64,000 nt of DNA from positions 6,268-70,267 of the forward strand of contig DBOG01000014.1 of assembly GCA_002299915.1 (NCBI GenBank), given 5' to 3'. The translations under genes were made by a program, and so were the position numbers. Below are positions 22,473 through 32,700 of this stretch, in pieces; position 1 is the stretch's first letter, and every line of letters starts with the position of its first letter. This DNA comes from Proteobacteria bacterium UBA652. Its GTDB lineage: Bacteria > Pseudomonadota > Gammaproteobacteria > Nitrosococcales > Methylophagaceae. The notes below the pieces were generated by a model. It had not been told where the DNA came from. It ran no database searches and saw nothing but the letters and a program-made list of their open reading frames with translations.

Positions 22473-22961
22473 ATGCAAAGATATAATTCAGTAATGAGTG
22501 ATGAAAGAAGTCAAGCAATACGTGACGAACGCTATTTCGCTTTGCCTATCGCCCAAGCGAAACAAGAAATCATGGATAAACAGCCTGACCATGCCAAGAA
22601 ATATGTAGCGCCATTGAATGCTTATATACTAAACCACCCAAGGCGATTTTCATTGGCGAAAGAAGTGGCGGACATCGAGGGATCTGCCAATTATCTGGCG
22701 CTCGCGCTTGAACAAACTGCACATGTCTCAGGTCAGGTAGATTTATCGGCAGTAAAAATAATTATGATGGAATATTATGCTGACGAGGGGCAGTTACCCA
22801 GAACAAAAACGGCGGTTATTGGCTTACTAAATGAGCGCCTAGGCCGTCGATTATTCAATCGTTATGAATTGCTTGAGTATGAAGGTAATGATATGGGGTT
22901 TTCTATCATTTTTCGGAATATTGAACAAAACAAGAAAGTGGCACTTGAAGCGAATATTTGA
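22473..22961 (+). CDS. hypothetical protein (no recognised family)
   Basis: 162-aa ORF in an otherwise empty interval upstream of nuoA. No signal peptide or TM helix. Start uncertain (22473 or 22494). Confidence 0.35.
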   Translation: MQRYNSVMSDERSQAIRDERYFALPIAQAKQEIMDKQPDHAKKYVAPLNAYILNHPRRFSLAKEVADIEGSANYLALALEQTAHVSGQVDLSAVKIIMMEYYADEGQLPRTKTAVIGLLNERLGRRLFNRYELLEYEGNDMGFSIIFRNIEQNKKVALEANI

Positions 22962-23099
22962 ACGAGAATTTTATTTGTCTTATCGCCTATTAGTATAGCA
23001 ATTAAAAGGGTCTAAAATAAATCGAATTTTAGTGCGGAGCGTGCTGGATTGGTTTATAATTAGTCCAACTTATACCTTATTATAAGAAGATAGCGTCAT

Positions 23100-23456
23100 A
23101 TGCTGGAGAGTTACCTACCTATCCTATTATTCATTCTGCTGGGAATCGGCTTTGGAGTTGGCCCGCTATTAGCAGGATTCGTTTTGGGCGCCCATCGTCC
23201 TGACGCTGAGAAAAGCTCTACTTATGAATGTGGATTTGAGCCGTTTGAAGATGCACATATGAAGTTTGATGTGCGCTATTATTTGGTGGCTATCCTATTT
23301 ATTATTTTTGATTTAGAAATCGCTTTTTTATTCCCCTGGGCCGTCGTGCTTGATGAAATTGGCATATTCGGCTTGCTGGCGATGTTTTTATTTCTTGCCA
23401 TTTTGGTGGTGGGTTTCGTTTATGAATGGATGAAAGGCGCATTGGAATGGGAATAG
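23100..23456 (+). CDS. nuoA: NADH-quinone oxidoreductase subunit A
   Basis: 118 aa, three TM helices, YECGFEPF and [11 protein letters not shown] motifs. Confidence 0.92.
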   Translation: MLESYLPILLFILLGIGFGVGPLLAGFVLGAHRPDAEKSSTYECGFEPFEDAHMKFDVRYYLVAILFIIFDLEIAFLFPWAVVLDEIGIFGLLAMFLFLAILVVGFVYEWMKGALEWE

Positions 23457-23947
23457 AAGGGGTATTAGAAGAAGGGATCGTCACCACTTCTGCAGATAAA
23501 TTAATTAATTGGGCGCGAACAGGATCGCTGTGACCAATGACCTTTGGTTTGGCATGTTGTGCTGTGGAGATGATGCAAGCAGGAGCGTCACGCTATGATT
23601 TAGATCGCTTTGGAGTGGTGTTTCGGCCGAGTCCGCGGCAATCTGATGTGATGATCGTAGCGGGCACATTGGTGAATAAAATGGCACCTGCGTTGCGTAA
23701 GGTGTATGACCAAATGTCAGAGCCGCGCTGGGTGATCTCGATGGGGTCTTGTGCTAATGGTGGTGGCTATTATCATTATTCTTATGCCGTGGTGAGGGGA
23801 TGTGATCGGATTGTGCCGGTTGATATTTATGTGCCGGGTTGCCCGCCGACTGCCGAAGCCTTGCTGTATGGCATTATCCAGTTACAAAATAAAATAAAAC
23901 GCACGCATACGATTGCACGTCAGCCTTCTCAAATGGAGGAAGCTTAA
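23447..23947 (+). CDS. nuoB: NADH-quinone oxidoreductase subunit B, interrupted by an in-frame TGA at 23531-23533
   Basis: ATG 23447 overlaps the nuoA stop. The frame reads [45 protein letters not shown] ... [10 protein letters not shown] ... VPGCPP. The TGA sits where homologs have the Trp of the SLWP motif. The ORF track only reports the part from ATG 23537. Confidence 0.8.
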
Positions 23948-23953
23948 CGCCGC

Positions 23954-24622
23954 ATGGAAACGCTTCAGGAGAAATTACTCAGCCATTTTAAATCAACAGG
24001 GAAAATATGTGAGTTGGTGCATGATGAGTTAACCATGCAAGTGCCAGCAGAAAGTGTGGTGGAAGTGTGTACGCAACTGCGGGATGAATTTGGCTTTGAG
24101 CAGTTAATAGACCTTTGCGGTGTGGATTATTCGGAATATGGCGGTGCTGCTTGGTCAACTAAAGACACCGGTTTTAGTCGCGCAGTAAACACATCGGATA
24201 ACACCTTACGAGAAGAATCAGGCCAGCGTTTTGGGGTGGTGTATCACTTGTTATCGATTAGCGAGAACCAACGTGTTCGGGTTAAAATTCGCTTAGATGC
24301 TGAGGCGCCTGTCGTTGATAGCGTGGTGCCCGTATGGGCATCGGCAGATTGGTTTGAGCGCGAGGCATTCGATTTATTTGGCATCCTATTTAATGGCCAT
24401 CAAGATTTACGCCGTATCCTGACAGACTATGGCTTTATCGGCCATCCGTTCCGCAAAGATTTCCCGATCAGTGGCCATGTTGAAATGCGCTACGATCCTG
24501 AGAAGAAACGGGTGGTGTATGAACCTGTTCAGATTGAACCTAGAACATTGGTTCCCCGTGTTATTCGAGATGATAACCGCTATCATGTCGAACCCTCGAA
24601 AAGAAGGTTGCGTAATGGCTGA
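23954..24622 (+). CDS. nuoC: NADH-quinone oxidoreductase subunit C
   Basis: 222 aa. [23 protein letters not shown] and HPFRKDFP motifs. Confidence 0.9.
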   Translation: METLQEKLLSHFKSTGKICELVHDELTMQVPAESVVEVCTQLRDEFGFEQLIDLCGVDYSEYGGAAWSTKDTGFSRAVNTSDNTLREESGQRFGVVYHLLSISENQRVRVKIRLDAEAPVVDSVVPVWASADWFEREAFDLFGILFNGHQDLRRILTDYGFIGHPFRKDFPISGHVEMRYDPEKKRVVYEPVQIEPRTLVPRVIRDDNRYHVEPSKRRLRNG

Positions 24623-25868
24623 AATTCAAAACTATACCTTAAATTTTGGGCCACAACATCCTGCGGCGCATGGTGTATTGCGGTTAATCCTTGAGATGGA
24701 AGGTGAGGTGATTCAACGTGCGGATCCGCATATTGGGTTATTGCATCATGGCACGGAGAAATTAGCAGAAACCAAACCCTATAATCAAAGCATTGGCTAT
24801 ATGGATCGGCTCGATTATGTGTCGATGATGTGTAATGAGCACGCCTATGTGAAGGCGATTGAGACCATGCTGGGGGTAGATGTGCCTGAACGGGCACAAT
24901 ATATTCGGGTGATGTTTGATGAGATCACGCGGATCTTAAATCATTTGATGTGGTTGGGTGCGCATGGGTTAGATATCGGCGCGATGACGATATTTTTGTA
25001 TTGTTTCCGTGAGCGTGAAGATCTGATGGATTGTTATGAGGCCGTATCGGGCGCACGTTTGCATGCAACCTATTATCGCCCAGGTGGTGTGTATCGCGAT
25101 TTACCCGATAGTATGCCGCGCTATGAAGCCTCGAAATGGCATAGCGAAGAAGAAGTGAAAAAGAAAAACACCAACCGTGAAGGCAGCTTATTAGACTTCA
25201 TTGCCGATTTTACCGATCGCTTCCCTGGGTGTGTCGACGAATATGAAACCTTATTGACGGATAACCGTATTTGGAAACAGCGTACGGTGGGGATTGGTGT
25301 GGTTTCTCCAGAGCGCGCCCTGCAATTAGGGTTTACGGGACCAATGTTGCGCGGATCGGGTATTGCGTGGGATTTACGCAAAAAACAGCCTTATGCTGTT
25401 TATGACAAGATGAAATTTGATATTCCAGTTGGGGTAGAAGGCGATTGCTATGATCGTTATTTAGTACGCGTGGAAGAAATGCGGCAATCGAATGAGATTG
25501 TTAAACAATGTGTGGCTTGGTTGAAAGACAATCCGGGCGATGTGATGTCGAATGATTTGAAAGTGTCGCCACCGCCCCGCACAGAAATGAAAACAAGCAT
25601 GGAAGGCTTGATTCATCACTTCAAACATTTCACTGAAGGCTATTGTGTGCCAGAAGGTGAAATTTATTCTGCTGTCGAACATCCTAAAGGCGAATTTGGC
25701 ATTTATATGGTGTCGGATGGGGCGAACAAGCCTTATCGGGTAAAAATTCGTGCGCCGGGATTTGTACATTTATCGGCGATGGATGAAATGATTAAGGGAC
25801 ATATGTTGGCGGATGTGGTTGCGGTGATTGGTACGATGGATATTGTGTTTGGTGAGGTGGATAGATAA
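24615..25868 (+). CDS. nuoD: NADH-quinone oxidoreductase subunit D
   Basis: 417 aa from [24 protein letters not shown] to DIVFGEVDR. The ATG overlaps the nuoC stop (ATGGCTGA). Confidence 0.95.
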   Translation: MAEIQNYTLNFGPQHPAAHGVLRLILEMEGEVIQRADPHIGLLHHGTEKLAETKPYNQSIGYMDRLDYVSMMCNEHAYVKAIETMLGVDVPERAQYIRVMFDEITRILNHLMWLGAHGLDIGAMTIFLYCFREREDLMDCYEAVSGARLHATYYRPGGVYRDLPDSMPRYEASKWHSEEEVKKKNTNREGSLLDFIADFTDRFPGCVDEYETLLTDNRIWKQRTVGIGVVSPERALQLGFTGPMLRGSGIAWDLRKKQPYAVYDKMKFDIPVGVEGDCYDRYLVRVEEMRQSNEIVKQCVAWLKDNPGDVMSNDLKVSPPPRTEMKTSMEGLIHHFKHFTEGYCVPEGEIYSAVEHPKGEFGIYMVSDGANKPYRVKIRAPGFVHLSAMDEMIKGHMLADVVAVIGTMDIVFGEVDR

Positions 25869-26368
25869 TGCAACTCACAGGCTCACGCGACGAATTATTC
25901 AGTGCTGACATCCGTACACAAATCGCGGTGTGGCTGGCGAAATACCCAGAAAATCAAAGTCAATCTGCCTTGATCCCTGCATTACATATTGTGCAAGATG
26001 CGAGTGGTGGTTGGTTGAGTGAGGCAACGCTTGATGCGGTGGCAGTGTATTTGGATCTGCCCAAAATCGCCGTGTATGAAGTGGCAACATTCTATGGCAT
26101 GTTTGAGCTTTCGCCTGTTGGCAAACATAAAATTAATGTGTGTACGAATATTTCTTGTCAACTTAATGGCTCAGATAAAGTAGTAGCACAATTAACAGAA
26201 AAATTAGGCGTTGGGCTAGGCGAAACAACGGCGGATGGCAATATTACGCTGAAAGAAGTGGAATGTATGGGGGCTTGTTGTGGTGCACCTATGTTGGAAG
26301 TGAACCGTGATTATCATGAGTTTTTGACGCCTGCAAAGATTGATGAAATTCTAGCGGGGCTAAAATAA
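25868..26368 (+). CDS. nuoE: NADH-quinone oxidoreductase subunit E
   Basis: 166 aa. 2Fe-2S cysteines in CTNISC and CMGACCGAPM. Confidence 0.9.
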   Translation: MQLTGSRDELFSADIRTQIAVWLAKYPENQSQSALIPALHIVQDASGGWLSEATLDAVAVYLDLPKIAVYEVATFYGMFELSPVGKHKINVCTNISCQLNGSDKVVAQLTEKLGVGLGETTADGNITLKEVECMGACCGAPMLEVNRDYHEFLTPAKIDEILAGLK

Positions 26369-26369
26369 A

Positions 26370-27663
26370 ATGGCATTAGATTTAGTCTGTTTCCGCACCC
26401 GGCACGCTTGAATCCTATTTGAGTGTGGGCGGTTATAAGCAATTAGAACGGGTGTTGAAAGACGGCATTTCTTCAGATGATATTATCGAAGAATTAAAAG
26501 ATTCTGCTTTGCGCGGCCGGGGTGGAGCAGGGTTTCCGACAGGCTTGAAATGGAGCTTTATGCCGCGACGGATGCCAGGCTCAAAATATATTGTGTGTAA
26601 TTCGGATGAAGGCGAGCCGGGCACATGTAAGGATCGAGATATTCTGCGATTTAACCCGCATCAATTGATCGAAGGCATGATTATCGCGGGGTATACGATT
26701 GGCGCACAATCGGGCTATAACTATATCCGTGGTGAGTTTTATGAGCCGATTGATCGGTTTGAGGCGGCCTTAAAAGAAGCGTATGAAGCGGGTTATTTAG
26801 GTAAAGAGATATTCGGCAGTAAATTTAGTTTTGATTTATATACACAAATGGGCGCGGGTGCCTATATTTGTGGTGAGGAAACGGCATTATTAGAATCTTT
26901 AGAAGGTAAAAAAGGCCAGCCACGTTATAAACCGCCTTTCCCTGCTGGTTTTGGCTTATATGGTAGGCCGACCACGATTAATAATACGGAAACTTTGGCA
27001 TCTGTCCCTGTGATCCTTGAAAAAGGGGGGGATTGGTTCCATGAAATTGGTACGCCAAATAATGGTGGGCCTAAAATATTCAGTGTGTCGGGTCATGTCA
27101 ATAATCCGGGTAATTTTGAAGTGCCGATGGGGATGCCTTTTTCAGAATTATTAGCGCTTGCTGGTGGGATGAAAGATGGCAATAAAATTAAGACGGTGAT
27201 TCCGGGCGGTTCATCGACGCCTATTATTCCAGGCGAAGAGATGATGGATGTGCCGCTGAGTTATGACGGCATTAGTAAGGCGGGTTCGATGTTGGGCGCC
27301 GGATCTGTGATCGTAATGGATGAAACGACCTGCATGGTGCGTGCTCTGGAACGGATTGCTGAATTTTATTATGAAGAATCTTGTGGTCAATGCACGCCTT
27401 GCCGCGAGGGAACTGGCTGGTTATATCGCGTGGTAAAACGAATTGAGCATGGCGAGGGCAAACAGGAAGATTTAGATAAACTGGTGGATGTCGCCCATAA
27501 TATTGATGGTAATACGATTTGCGCTTTAGGCGATGCGGCGGCTGCGCCTGTGATTAGTTTTATCAAGCATTTCCGTGAAGAATTTCAATATCATATCGAT
27601 CATGGTCGCTGCATGTGTGGTGATACTGCAATCCCTGAAATGGGGGAGGCACAGCATGGTTAA
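26370..27663 (+). CDS. nuoF: NADH-quinone oxidoreductase subunit F, 5' end in a different frame (apparent +1 frameshift about 26395-26410)
   Basis: The main ORF has [31 protein letters not shown] and [12 protein letters not shown]. The conserved [11 protein letters not shown] is encoded upstream of the first possible start (TTG 26419) in that frame. The ATG at 26370 (2 nt after nuoE) encodes [10 protein letters not shown], resembling NuoF N-termini as I recall them, and then stops at 26409. Confidence 0.85.
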
Positions 27664-29998
27664 GATTGAAATTGATGGCATGCCGATGACTGCCGATCCG
27701 TCGAAGATGATTATTCAAGTGGCGGATGAAGCAGGGATTGATATCCCCCGTTTTTGTTACCACAAGAATCTCTCGATCGCGGCAAATTGTCGGATGTGTT
27801 TGGTGGAAGTGGATCAATCTCGTAAAGCTTTACCCGCTTGCGCCACACCAGTAACCGAAGGGATGAAAGTATTTACCCTCTCTAAGCGCGCAATAGCGGC
27901 ACAACGTGGGGTGATGGAATTTTTATTGATTAACCATCCCTTAGATTGCCCGATTTGTGATCAGGGTGGTGAATGTGAATTACAGGATCTGTCCATCGGT
28001 TATGGTGGCGATGTGAGCCGATTCACTGAAGGTAAACGGGTGGTGAAAGATAAGGAAATCGGCCCACTCGTCGGCACAGATATGACGCGGTGCATCCATT
28101 GCACACGTTGCGTACGCTTCGGCCAGGAAATTGCGGGTATTAGGGAAATGGGTGCGGTTGGCCGTGGCGAGCACATGGAAATCGGTACGTATGTTGAAAA
28201 GAGCCTGATATCAGAATTATCAGGCAATATTATTGATCTTTGCCCCGTGGGCGCACTGGTTTCAAAACCTTTCCATTATAAGGCACGTGCTTGGGAATTA
28301 ACCGCTCATACCTCTATTTCACCCCATGATTGTATGGGCTCTAATATTGAATTTCATACCCGTCGGAATGAAGTGATGCGAGTGGTGCCGCGTGAGAATG
28401 AAGATGTCAACGAAACGTGGATTTCGGATCGCGATCGCTTTAGTTATCTGGCGTTGAATCATGAACAACGATTATATAAGCCGATGATCAAAACCAATGC
28501 GGGTTGGCAAGAAGCCGATTGGCAGACCGCATTAGAATTTGCAGTTGAAGGGTTACAGAATGTGACAAGAACAGAAGGCGCTGCCCAATTAGGCGGCCTG
28601 CTATCATCAACGGCAACCGTAGAAGAAGGCTATTTATTCCAGAAATTACTCCGCGGCATGGGCACAAATAATATTGATCACCGTTTGCGCCAGCAAGATT
28701 TTGCAGATCAAGTAGATGCACCAGCAACGGCCCCATGGCATGTATGTGACTTTGGTGCCAGTGATGCGGTGATGTTGATTGGCTGTAATATTCGTGCCGA
28801 ACAACCGATGATTGCCCATCGGATCCGCCAAGGTGCATTAAATGGATCATCGGTGAATGTGATCAATTTCTTTGCAATGGATTGTTTGATGCCAGTGGAT
28901 AAGCAGCTGGTGGTTGATACCCAGAGTATGGTGAATTTGCTGGTAGAAATTGCAGTTGAACTCACAACCGAGACCAAGGTAGCCGTTCCTCGCGCATGGG
29001 GAAAACTATTAAAAGATGTGAAACCTACCGCTGAAGCGGAAGCACTGGCAGGGCAGCTCATCCGCGCAGCTAGGGCGACGCTTTTTGTGGGCGCATTGGT
29101 GGATCATCATCCACAAGCGGCGACGATTCGAGCATTGGTGCGGTTTATTGCGTCATTGAGTAATAGTTACATCGTGATTTTACCAACTGCCAATGATAAT
29201 GGTTTGACGCTTGCTGGCGCGATACCGTATTCAACCGAACAAAAAGGGCTGAATGCAGATGCGATGATGGCAGAGTCGTTAAGGGCTTATTTATTATTAG
29301 GCACGGAGCCAGAATTAGATTGTGCGAATCAAAGCGAAGCATTAGATTCATTGAAACAAGCTGAGTTTGTGGTGACTTTGAATTGTTTTATGACGGATGC
29401 GATGCGCTCGTATGCCAATGTTATCCTACCAATCGCCAGTTTCGCTGAAACCTCGGGAACGTATGTGAATGTTGATCAGCTCTGGCAGTCTTTTACGGGG
29501 GCTGTGAGCCCCGTGGGTGAAAGCCGCCCTGCGTGGAAAGTATTGCGGGTATTGGGTAATTTGGCAGAAGTGGCTGGTTTTGAGTATGTGTCTTCAGAAG
29601 AAGTACGGGATGCAGTACAGTTGGAGATTGAACAAACGTCTGCCGCCGCAAAAGAAACCTTTGTGCCTGATACGCTAACAGTACCAAAGTCAGATCTGAT
29701 TTGGGTGGCAGAAGTACCGAGTTATCAAGCAGATAGTTTGACTCGTCGCAGTGATGCGCTGCAGGCAACGCCTGAAAATCAACTTGCTAATATTGCGCGG
29801 ATGAACACAGCAGAGGCGACACGACATGGTGTTGAGAAATCAATACGGATTACTGTAACGCAAGATGATGCGTCGGTGACTGTTGCATTTGAATTAGATG
29901 ATACGATTGCCGATGGCTGTTTATATCTAGCAGGTGGCACCATTAAGTCAATTGGATTGGGTGCGGCGTATACGGCCGTGAGTGTACAGCATGATTGA
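27656..29998 (+). CDS. nuoG: NADH-quinone oxidoreductase subunit G
   Basis: 780 aa from MVKIEIDG. 2Fe-2S and 4Fe-4S motifs ([40 protein letters not shown]). The ATG overlaps the nuoF stop. Confidence 0.95.
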   Translation: MVKIEIDGMPMTADPSKMIIQVADEAGIDIPRFCYHKNLSIAANCRMCLVEVDQSRKALPACATPVTEGMKVFTLSKRAIAAQRGVMEFLLINHPLDCPICDQGGECELQDLSIGYGGDVSRFTEGKRVVKDKEIGPLVGTDMTRCIHCTRCVRFGQEIAGIREMGAVGRGEHMEIGTYVEKSLISELSGNIIDLCPVGALVSKPFHYKARAWELTAHTSISPHDCMGSNIEFHTRRNEVMRVVPRENEDVNETWISDRDRFSYLALNHEQRLYKPMIKTNAGWQEADWQTALEFAVEGLQNVTRTEGAAQLGGLLSSTATVEEGYLFQKLLRGMGTNNIDHRLRQQDFADQVDAPATAPWHVCDFGASDAVMLIGCNIRAEQPMIAHRIRQGALNGSSVNVINFFAMDCLMPVDKQLVVDTQSMVNLLVEIAVELTTETKVAVPRAWGKLLKDVKPTAEAEALAGQLIRAARATLFVGALVDHHPQAATIRALVRFIASLSNSYIVILPTANDNGLTLAGAIPYSTEQKGLNADAMMAESLRAYLLLGTEPELDCANQSEALDSLKQAEFVVTLNCFMTDAMRSYANVILPIASFAETSGTYVNVDQLWQSFTGAVSPVGESRPAWKVLRVLGNLAEVAGFEYVSSEEVRDAVQLEIEQTSAAAKETFVPDTLTVPKSDLIWVAEVPSYQADSLTRRSDALQATPENQLANIARMNTAEATRHGVEKSIRITVTQDDASVTVAFELDDTIADGCLYLAGGTIKSIGLGAAYTAVSVQHD

Positions 29999-31070
29999 TT
30001 TATTGATGTCGATTGTCGATTGGGTTACCGCACAGACAGTGCTCTATACCATGATCAAAATTGTGGCTATCATTGCACCACTATTATTGACCGTCGCGTA
30101 TGTAACGTATGCAGAACGGAAGGTGATTGGTTATATTCAAGTTCGGATTGGCCCAAATCGCGTTGGACCGTTTGGTTTATTACAGCCGATTGCAGATGGC
30201 TTAAAGCTGATGCTGAAAGAAGTAATCTTGCCGGCAAAATCGAATATGTATTTATTTGTAATTGCACCGGTATTAGCTATCGCGCCTGCTTTGGCTGCAT
30301 GGGCAGTAATGCCCTTCGATGCGACCCTCACATTGGCAAATATTGATGCAGGCTTACTGTATATTTTAGCCATTACTTCTATGGGTGTGTATGGCATTAT
30401 TATTGCGGGCTGGGCATCGAATTCTAAATATGCGCTATTGGGTGCGTTGCGGTCAGCGGCACAAGTGGTCTCTTATGAAATCGCGATGGGCTTTGCTTTG
30501 GTCGGCGTGTTGGTTGCGGCGGGCAGCTTGAATATGGGTGATATTGTACTGGCACAACAAGGCGGATTCTGGCATTGGTATTGGTTGCCATTATTGCCTT
30601 TATTTGTAGTGTATTTTATTTCAGGTGTGGCCGAAACCAACCGTGCGCCGTTTGATATGGCAGAAGGGGAATCTGAGATTGTCGCGGGTTTCCATGTGGA
30701 ATATTCGGGGATGGCCTTTGCCGTTTTCTTCCTCGCGGAATATGCCGATATGATTTTGATTTCCATGCTAGCGGCAGTCCTATTTTGTGGTGGTTGGTTA
30801 TCGCCGTTTGAAGGGACTTTTTTAGCCGATTTCTTTGCATGGGTGCCAGGTATTATTTGGCTATTTATGAAAACGTCTTTCTTTTTATTCCTCTATCTTT
30901 GGTTCCGCGCTACTTTTCCTCGCTATCGCTATGACCAAGTGATGCGTTTGGGCTGGAAGATTTTTATCCCAGTAACGCTGGTATGGCTCGTCGTCGTTTC
31001 GACAGCCCAAGTAATGGATGTGGGGATTTGGTTTAATGAACAAGCGGATGCATTGAGGGCGGCGTTATGA
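29991..31070 (+). CDS. nuoH: NADH-quinone oxidoreductase subunit H
   Basis: [45 protein letters not shown] and [15 protein letters not shown] motifs. ATG 29991 overlaps the nuoG stop. Confidence 0.95.
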   Translation: MIDLLMSIVDWVTAQTVLYTMIKIVAIIAPLLLTVAYVTYAERKVIGYIQVRIGPNRVGPFGLLQPIADGLKLMLKEVILPAKSNMYLFVIAPVLAIAPALAAWAVMPFDATLTLANIDAGLLYILAITSMGVYGIIIAGWASNSKYALLGALRSAAQVVSYEIAMGFALVGVLVAAGSLNMGDIVLAQQGGFWHWYWLPLLPLFVVYFISGVAETNRAPFDMAEGESEIVAGFHVEYSGMAFAVFFLAEYADMILISMLAAVLFCGGWLSPFEGTFLADFFAWVPGIIWLFMKTSFFLFLYLWFRATFPRYRYDQVMRLGWKIFIPVTLVWLVVVSTAQVMDVGIWFNEQADALRAAL

Positions 31071-31558
31071 TGCAAGCCTTAAAACATTATGTAAAAAGCT
31101 TTATGCTCTGGGAATTATTGCTGGGGATGAAATTAACAGGCAAGTATTTATTTGCCAAGAAAATAACCGTGCAATATCCCGAAGAGAAAACGCCACAATC
31201 ACCGCGTTTTAGAGGTTTACATGCCTTACGCCGCTATCCCAATGGCGAAGAACGGTGCATCGGCTGTAAATTATGTGAGGCTGTGTGCCCTGCGCTGGCG
31301 ATTACGATTGATTCCGAGCCACGCGATGATGGCACCCGTCGTACCACGCGTTATGAAATTGATTTGTTCAAGTGTATTTATTGTGGATTTTGTGAAGAAT
31401 CTTGCCCGGTTGACTCGATTGTGGAAACGCGGGTATTCGATTATCACTTTGAAAACCGCGAAGACAGCATTATGACAAAAGAGAAGTTATTAGCAGTGGG
31501 CGATAAAAATGAAGATCAAATAGCCGCCGATCGTGCCGCCGACGCGAGGTATAGATAA
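31067..31558 (+). CDS. nuoI: NADH-quinone oxidoreductase subunit I
   Basis: 163 aa. Two 4Fe-4S motifs, [12 protein letters not shown] and [12 protein letters not shown]. Confidence 0.95.
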   Translation: MMQALKHYVKSFMLWELLLGMKLTGKYLFAKKITVQYPEEKTPQSPRFRGLHALRRYPNGEERCIGCKLCEAVCPALAITIDSEPRDDGTRRTTRYEIDLFKCIYCGFCEESCPVDSIVETRVFDYHFENREDSIMTKEKLLAVGDKNEDQIAADRAADARYR

Positions 31559-32187
31559 TGGAAAAATATATTTTTTATGCCTTTGCCGCTATTTTATTAT
31601 TTTCCGCAACCATGGTGATTACAGTGAGAAATCCCGTACGTGCGGCTTTATTCCTCGTATTAGCTTTCTTTACCAGCGCAGGAATTTGGCTGATGCTAGA
31701 AGCAGAGTTTTTAGCGATCACTTTAGTGCTAGTCTATGTCGGCGCGGTGATGGTGTTATTTTTATTCGTGGTGATGATGCTGAATGTGAATCTGACACCT
31801 GTACAAGAGGGCTTTACCCGTTATTTGCCGCTCGGCATCTTAGTGGCGGCATTGATTACGGCTGAAATGATTGCCGTATTAGGCGCATCTCATTTTGGAT
31901 TAGATATCGTATCCGCGCCGATTGCCCATGGTGCTAATTATAGTAATACTAAGGAGTTAGGGCGATTGCTGTATACCGTGTATGTGTATCCGTTTGAGAT
32001 CGCATCGGTGATTTTAACCGTGGCAATTGTGGCGGCGATTACGCTGACGCTACGCCGTAAAACCAGTAAATTCCAAGATCCAGGGAAGCAAGTGAAAGTT
32101 CGCCGCGAAGATAGGGTGCGCTTAGTTAAAATGGACGCAGTGAAACCTAAACCACCTGCGGTAGCATCGGAGGAGACAGCATCATGA
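31558..32187 (+). CDS. nuoJ: NADH-quinone oxidoreductase subunit J
   Basis: 209 aa, five TM helices. NPV-AAL-LV and [17 protein letters not shown] motifs. Confidence 0.9.
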   Translation: MEKYIFYAFAAILLFSATMVITVRNPVRAALFLVLAFFTSAGIWLMLEAEFLAITLVLVYVGAVMVLFLFVVMMLNVNLTPVQEGFTRYLPLGILVAALITAEMIAVLGASHFGLDIVSAPIAHGANYSNTKELGRLLYTVYVYPFEIASVILTVAIVAAITLTLRRKTSKFQDPGKQVKVRREDRVRLVKMDAVKPKPPAVASEETAS

Positions 32188-32495
32188 CTGCGATTGCATT
32201 ATCAGATTACTTGATCCTAGGTGCATTATTGTTCAGCTTATCCGTAGCGGGTTTATTTATTAACCGTAAAAATATTATTATTTTACTGATGTGTATCGAG
32301 TTGATGCTGTTGGCTGTAAACCTAAATTTTATTGCTTTCTCCCATTTTGCTGGCGATATAGCAGGCCAGATATTTGTATTCTTTATTCTCACCGTGGCCG
32401 CAGCAGAGGCGGCGATTGGGCTGGCCATTTTAGTGGTGTTGTTTAGAAATATGAGCACCATTAATGTGGCTGATTTAGATCAGTTGAAGGGGTAA
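32184..32495 (+). CDS. nuoK: NADH-quinone oxidoreductase subunit K
   Basis: 103 aa, three TM helices. [14 protein letters not shown] and [13 protein letters not shown] motifs. Confidence 0.92.
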   Translation: MTAIALSDYLILGALLFSLSVAGLFINRKNIIILLMCIELMLLAVNLNFIAFSHFAGDIAGQIFVFFILTVAAAEAAIGLAILVVLFRNMSTINVADLDQLKG

Positions 32496-32499
32496 GGGA

Positions 32500-32700
32500 A
32501 TGAATGGGTTTGCTTTTTTCCCACTGATTATATTCGGTTTTATCGCGTTTTTATTGTTAGGATTTGTCTTGATATTTTTGTTTCGAGATAAAAGTAAGGA
32601 TATCAAGAATAATAAGCAGGCACTGAAGGGGTTGGTAGGTGTGCTATCTGGGAAAATGGGAAATTCCATGCCTGTTGTGGAACGGGTGAGAAGGGATTGA
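32500..32700 (+). CDS. small single-pass membrane protein inserted between nuoK and nuoL (no recognised family)
   Basis: 66-aa ORF. The ATG is 4 nt after the nuoK stop and is preceded by AAGGGG. The TGA overlaps the nuoL ATG (TGATG). N-terminal hydrophobic helix FAFFPLIIFGFIAFLLLGFVLIFLF followed by a Lys/Arg-rich tail. Confidence 0.45.
   Translation: MNGFAFFPLIIFGFIAFLLLGFVLIFLFRDKSKDIKNNKQALKGLVGVLSGKMGNSMPVVERVRRD

Noticed and set aside
23531-23533. The nuoB TGA as selenocysteine, or as evidence for genetic code 4 (TGA = Trp)
   Set aside because: TGA clearly serves as a stop for neighbouring genes (hemB, nuoG, nuoL, the ORF upstream of zapA). No SECIS-like hairpin is evident downstream. 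The aligned residue in homologs is Trp, not Cys or Sec.
24429-24614. Long N-terminal extension of the nuoD ORF (track start 24429)
   Set aside because: The extension overlaps the 3' end of nuoC in another frame. The family-typical N-terminus [16 protein letters not shown] starts at ATG 24615, which overlaps the nuoC stop.
27575-27655. N-terminal extension of the nuoG ORF (track start 27575)
   Set aside because: It runs inside the nuoF 3' end. The canonical MVKIEIDG start at 27656 overlaps the nuoF stop.
28431-28438. Second GCGATCGC octamer (the HIP1-like core also present in the carA-leader palindrome)
   Set aside because: I noticed only two copies in 64 kb, and this one is inside nuoG coding sequence. 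There is no evidence for a dispersed HIP1-type repeat family.
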